Assembly: GCF_000829315.1 (NCBI RefSeq)
Contig: NZ_AP013028.1
Span: 510,001-542,000, forward strand
DNA from: Wolbachia endosymbiont of Cimex lectularius
GTDB taxonomy: Bacteria > Pseudomonadota > Alphaproteobacteria > Rickettsiales > Anaplasmataceae
Direction: 5' to 3'
Length of the DNA stretch: 32,000 bases
In this document: one piece after another, positions 30,695 to 32,000 of the stretch
How the letters are laid out: each line of letters starts with the position of its first letter
Position numbering within the stretch: position 1 is the first letter of the stretch
Program-made: the position numbers and the translations under genes
Notes under the pieces: model-generated
The model's input: only the letters and a program-made list of their open reading frames with translations
Told to the model about the DNA's origin: nothing
The model's database searches: none

Positions 30695-31048
30695 TTACTC
30701 CCATTCTAACGCACCTTTACACCATTCATAGATAAAGCCTATAGTGAGTATTGCAAGAAATATCATCATAGACCAAAATCCACAATAACTTATTTTAGAT
30801 AAAGAAACAGCCCAAGGAAAAAGAAAAGCAATTTCTAAGTCAAATATTATAAATAATATTGAAACTAAGTAAAACTTAATGTCAAAATTTTTTCTTGCTC
30901 TTGATAGAGGATTGAAGCCGCACTCATATGTTGAAAGTTTTTCGCTATCAGGATTGCTCACTGCAAGAAACATCGGCAATACGCCCAGGGTAAGAGATAC
31001 TATGATTGATACGCAGATAAAAATTACTATGGTTAAATATTCACTCAT
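30695..31048 (-). CDS. nuoA: NADH-quinone oxidoreductase subunit A
   Basis: 117 aa; [41 protein letters not shown]. Confidence 0.95.
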   Translation of the reverse strand: MSEYLTIVIFICVSIIVSLTLGVLPMFLAVSNPDSEKLSTYECGFNPLSRARKNFDIKFYLVSILFIIFDLEIAFLFPWAVSLSKISYCGFWSMMIFLAILTIGFIYEWCKGALEWE

Positions 31049-31073
31049 TTAACAAAATATATAGAAAGCAACA

Positions 31074-31442
31074 CTACAAACTTACATGCTTTCCTAATCT
31101 TTTGCCACCTAAAATATGCATGTGAAAGTGTGGTATAACTTGTTCTCCATTTTCACCGTAGTTAGTAACTAATCTGTACCCTGTTTTTTCTAGATTATAC
31201 TTATGTGTTATCTCTCTTACAGTTTTAAAGAAACTTACTATCTCCTCTGCAGAGGCTTTTAGAATAAAGTCGTCATATGAAATATATTGACTTTTTGGTA
31301 CAACTAAAATATGAACTGGTGCGTCAGGATATTTATCATAAAACGCCAACACACCCTCATTTTCATGCACCTTCTCACAAGGCAGCTCACCCCTTAATAT
31401 CTGAGCAAAAATGTTACCATCATCGTAATTGTCATTGTGCAT
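31074..31442 (-). CDS. HIT-family protein (histidine triad hydrolase)
   Basis: 122 aa; NIFAQILRGELPCEKVHENEGVLAFYDKYPDAPVHILVVPK...GEQVIPHFHMHILGG. Confidence 0.93.
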   Translation of the reverse strand: MHNDNYDDGNIFAQILRGELPCEKVHENEGVLAFYDKYPDAPVHILVVPKSQYISYDDFILKASAEEIVSFFKTVREITHKYNLEKTGYRLVTNYGENGEQVIPHFHMHILGGKRLGKHVSL

Positions 31443-31445
31443 ATT

Positions 31446-32000
31446 TTAAAAGCGAAGTTTCTCCTCTCTTTTCCCCTCTCCTTTTTCATTTCTTATAGCA
31501 GATGTAAGTGGTGATTCTATCTTTTCACCAGGGGGGACGTCCTTGAAATTAACAGCACCCTCCAATCCTTCTGCTTGCTCTTTGACATCTTGTAATAACC
31601 GCATACTTTTTATAGGAGATATAGTTTCTTTACCAAAAGGAAAATCGTTAGGATTAGTTATGCCAAAATGCTTTTCATCATCTGTACCTTTAACAGTTTC
31701 TGAAGAATTCATAGTGTTTGATGGCTTTTTAGGTACTGCAGTTTCTGACAATCTGCTATCATATTCCTTATACAATTTTTCCGCAATACCATGTAGCAAT
31801 TTTCGGTCTGTGTGACGTTCCAACTCTCCACCGATGATTCCTGCCAGATCTTTGAGATTGCGATCAACTTCACCATAAATCCCTTTAAGAACAAGCCTTT
31901 TTATCTCTTCTGGGCTCTTTCCTTTGTGTTCAGGATCGTTTTTAATATTGTTGGTAATTTCCTTAACATCAACTTCAATTACAACTTTGTTTTCTTCTTT
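31446..32000 (-). CDS. Hypothetical protein, 5' end beyond the window (track shows only 125 aa from an internal TTG)
   Basis: The frame stays open from 31823 to the edge: KEENKVVIEVDVKEITNNIKNDPEHKGKSPEEIKRLVLKGIYGEVDRNLKDLAGIIGGELERHTDRKLLHGIAEKLYKEY... Confidence 0.7.
   Translation of the reverse strand, partial: KEENKVVIEVDVKEITNNIKNDPEHKGKSPEEIKRLVLKGIYGEVDRNLKDLAGIIGGELERHTDRKLLHGIAEKLYKEYDSRLSETAVPKKPSNTMNSSETVKGTDDEKHFGITNPNDFPFGKETISPIKSMRLLQDVKEQAEGLEGAVNFKDVPPGEKIESPLTSAIRNEKGEGKREEKLRF

Overview
This 32 kb window looks like the chromosome of a Wolbachia-type Rickettsiales endosymbiont (Anaplasmataceae). The assignment rests on protein content, AT-richness, ankyrin genes, dispersed IS elements and a scattered nuo locus. 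Core genes: large NAD-glutamate dehydrogenase, tatB, pleD, nuoD, surE, ligA, ruvC, COX3, priA, hisS, nfu, tyrS, rsfS, rppH, tatD, mdh, nuoC/B/A and a HIT-family gene. Accessory content: two apparently identical 860-bp IS5-family elements with 18-bp TIRs and TTA target duplications, two ankyrin genes, a TenA-like tandem pair and a lineage-specific acidic protein. The main signal is gene decay and possible recoding. (1) IS copy 1 splits an ankyrin gene that reads through cleanly once the IS and one TTA are removed. (2) IS copy 2 sits next to a metK remnant that lacks its N-terminal half and has a C-terminal frameshift. (3) A C9/G9 tract separates a 436-aa ORF from a 92-aa ORF that would fuse with one more base. 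(4) One TenA-like paralog is interrupted by a single in-frame TAG, where the neighbouring paralog has CAG/Gln-type sequence. (5) pleD is split by a frameshift between its two receiver domains. (6) A roughly 215-260 bp repeat, present in two inverted copies about 15 kb apart, carries a perfect TTGACA-N17-TATAAT promoter in both. I found no CRISPR array, rRNA or convincing tRNA. I found no clearly novel defence system; the best candidates for something undescribed are the poly-C gene and the repeated promoter element.
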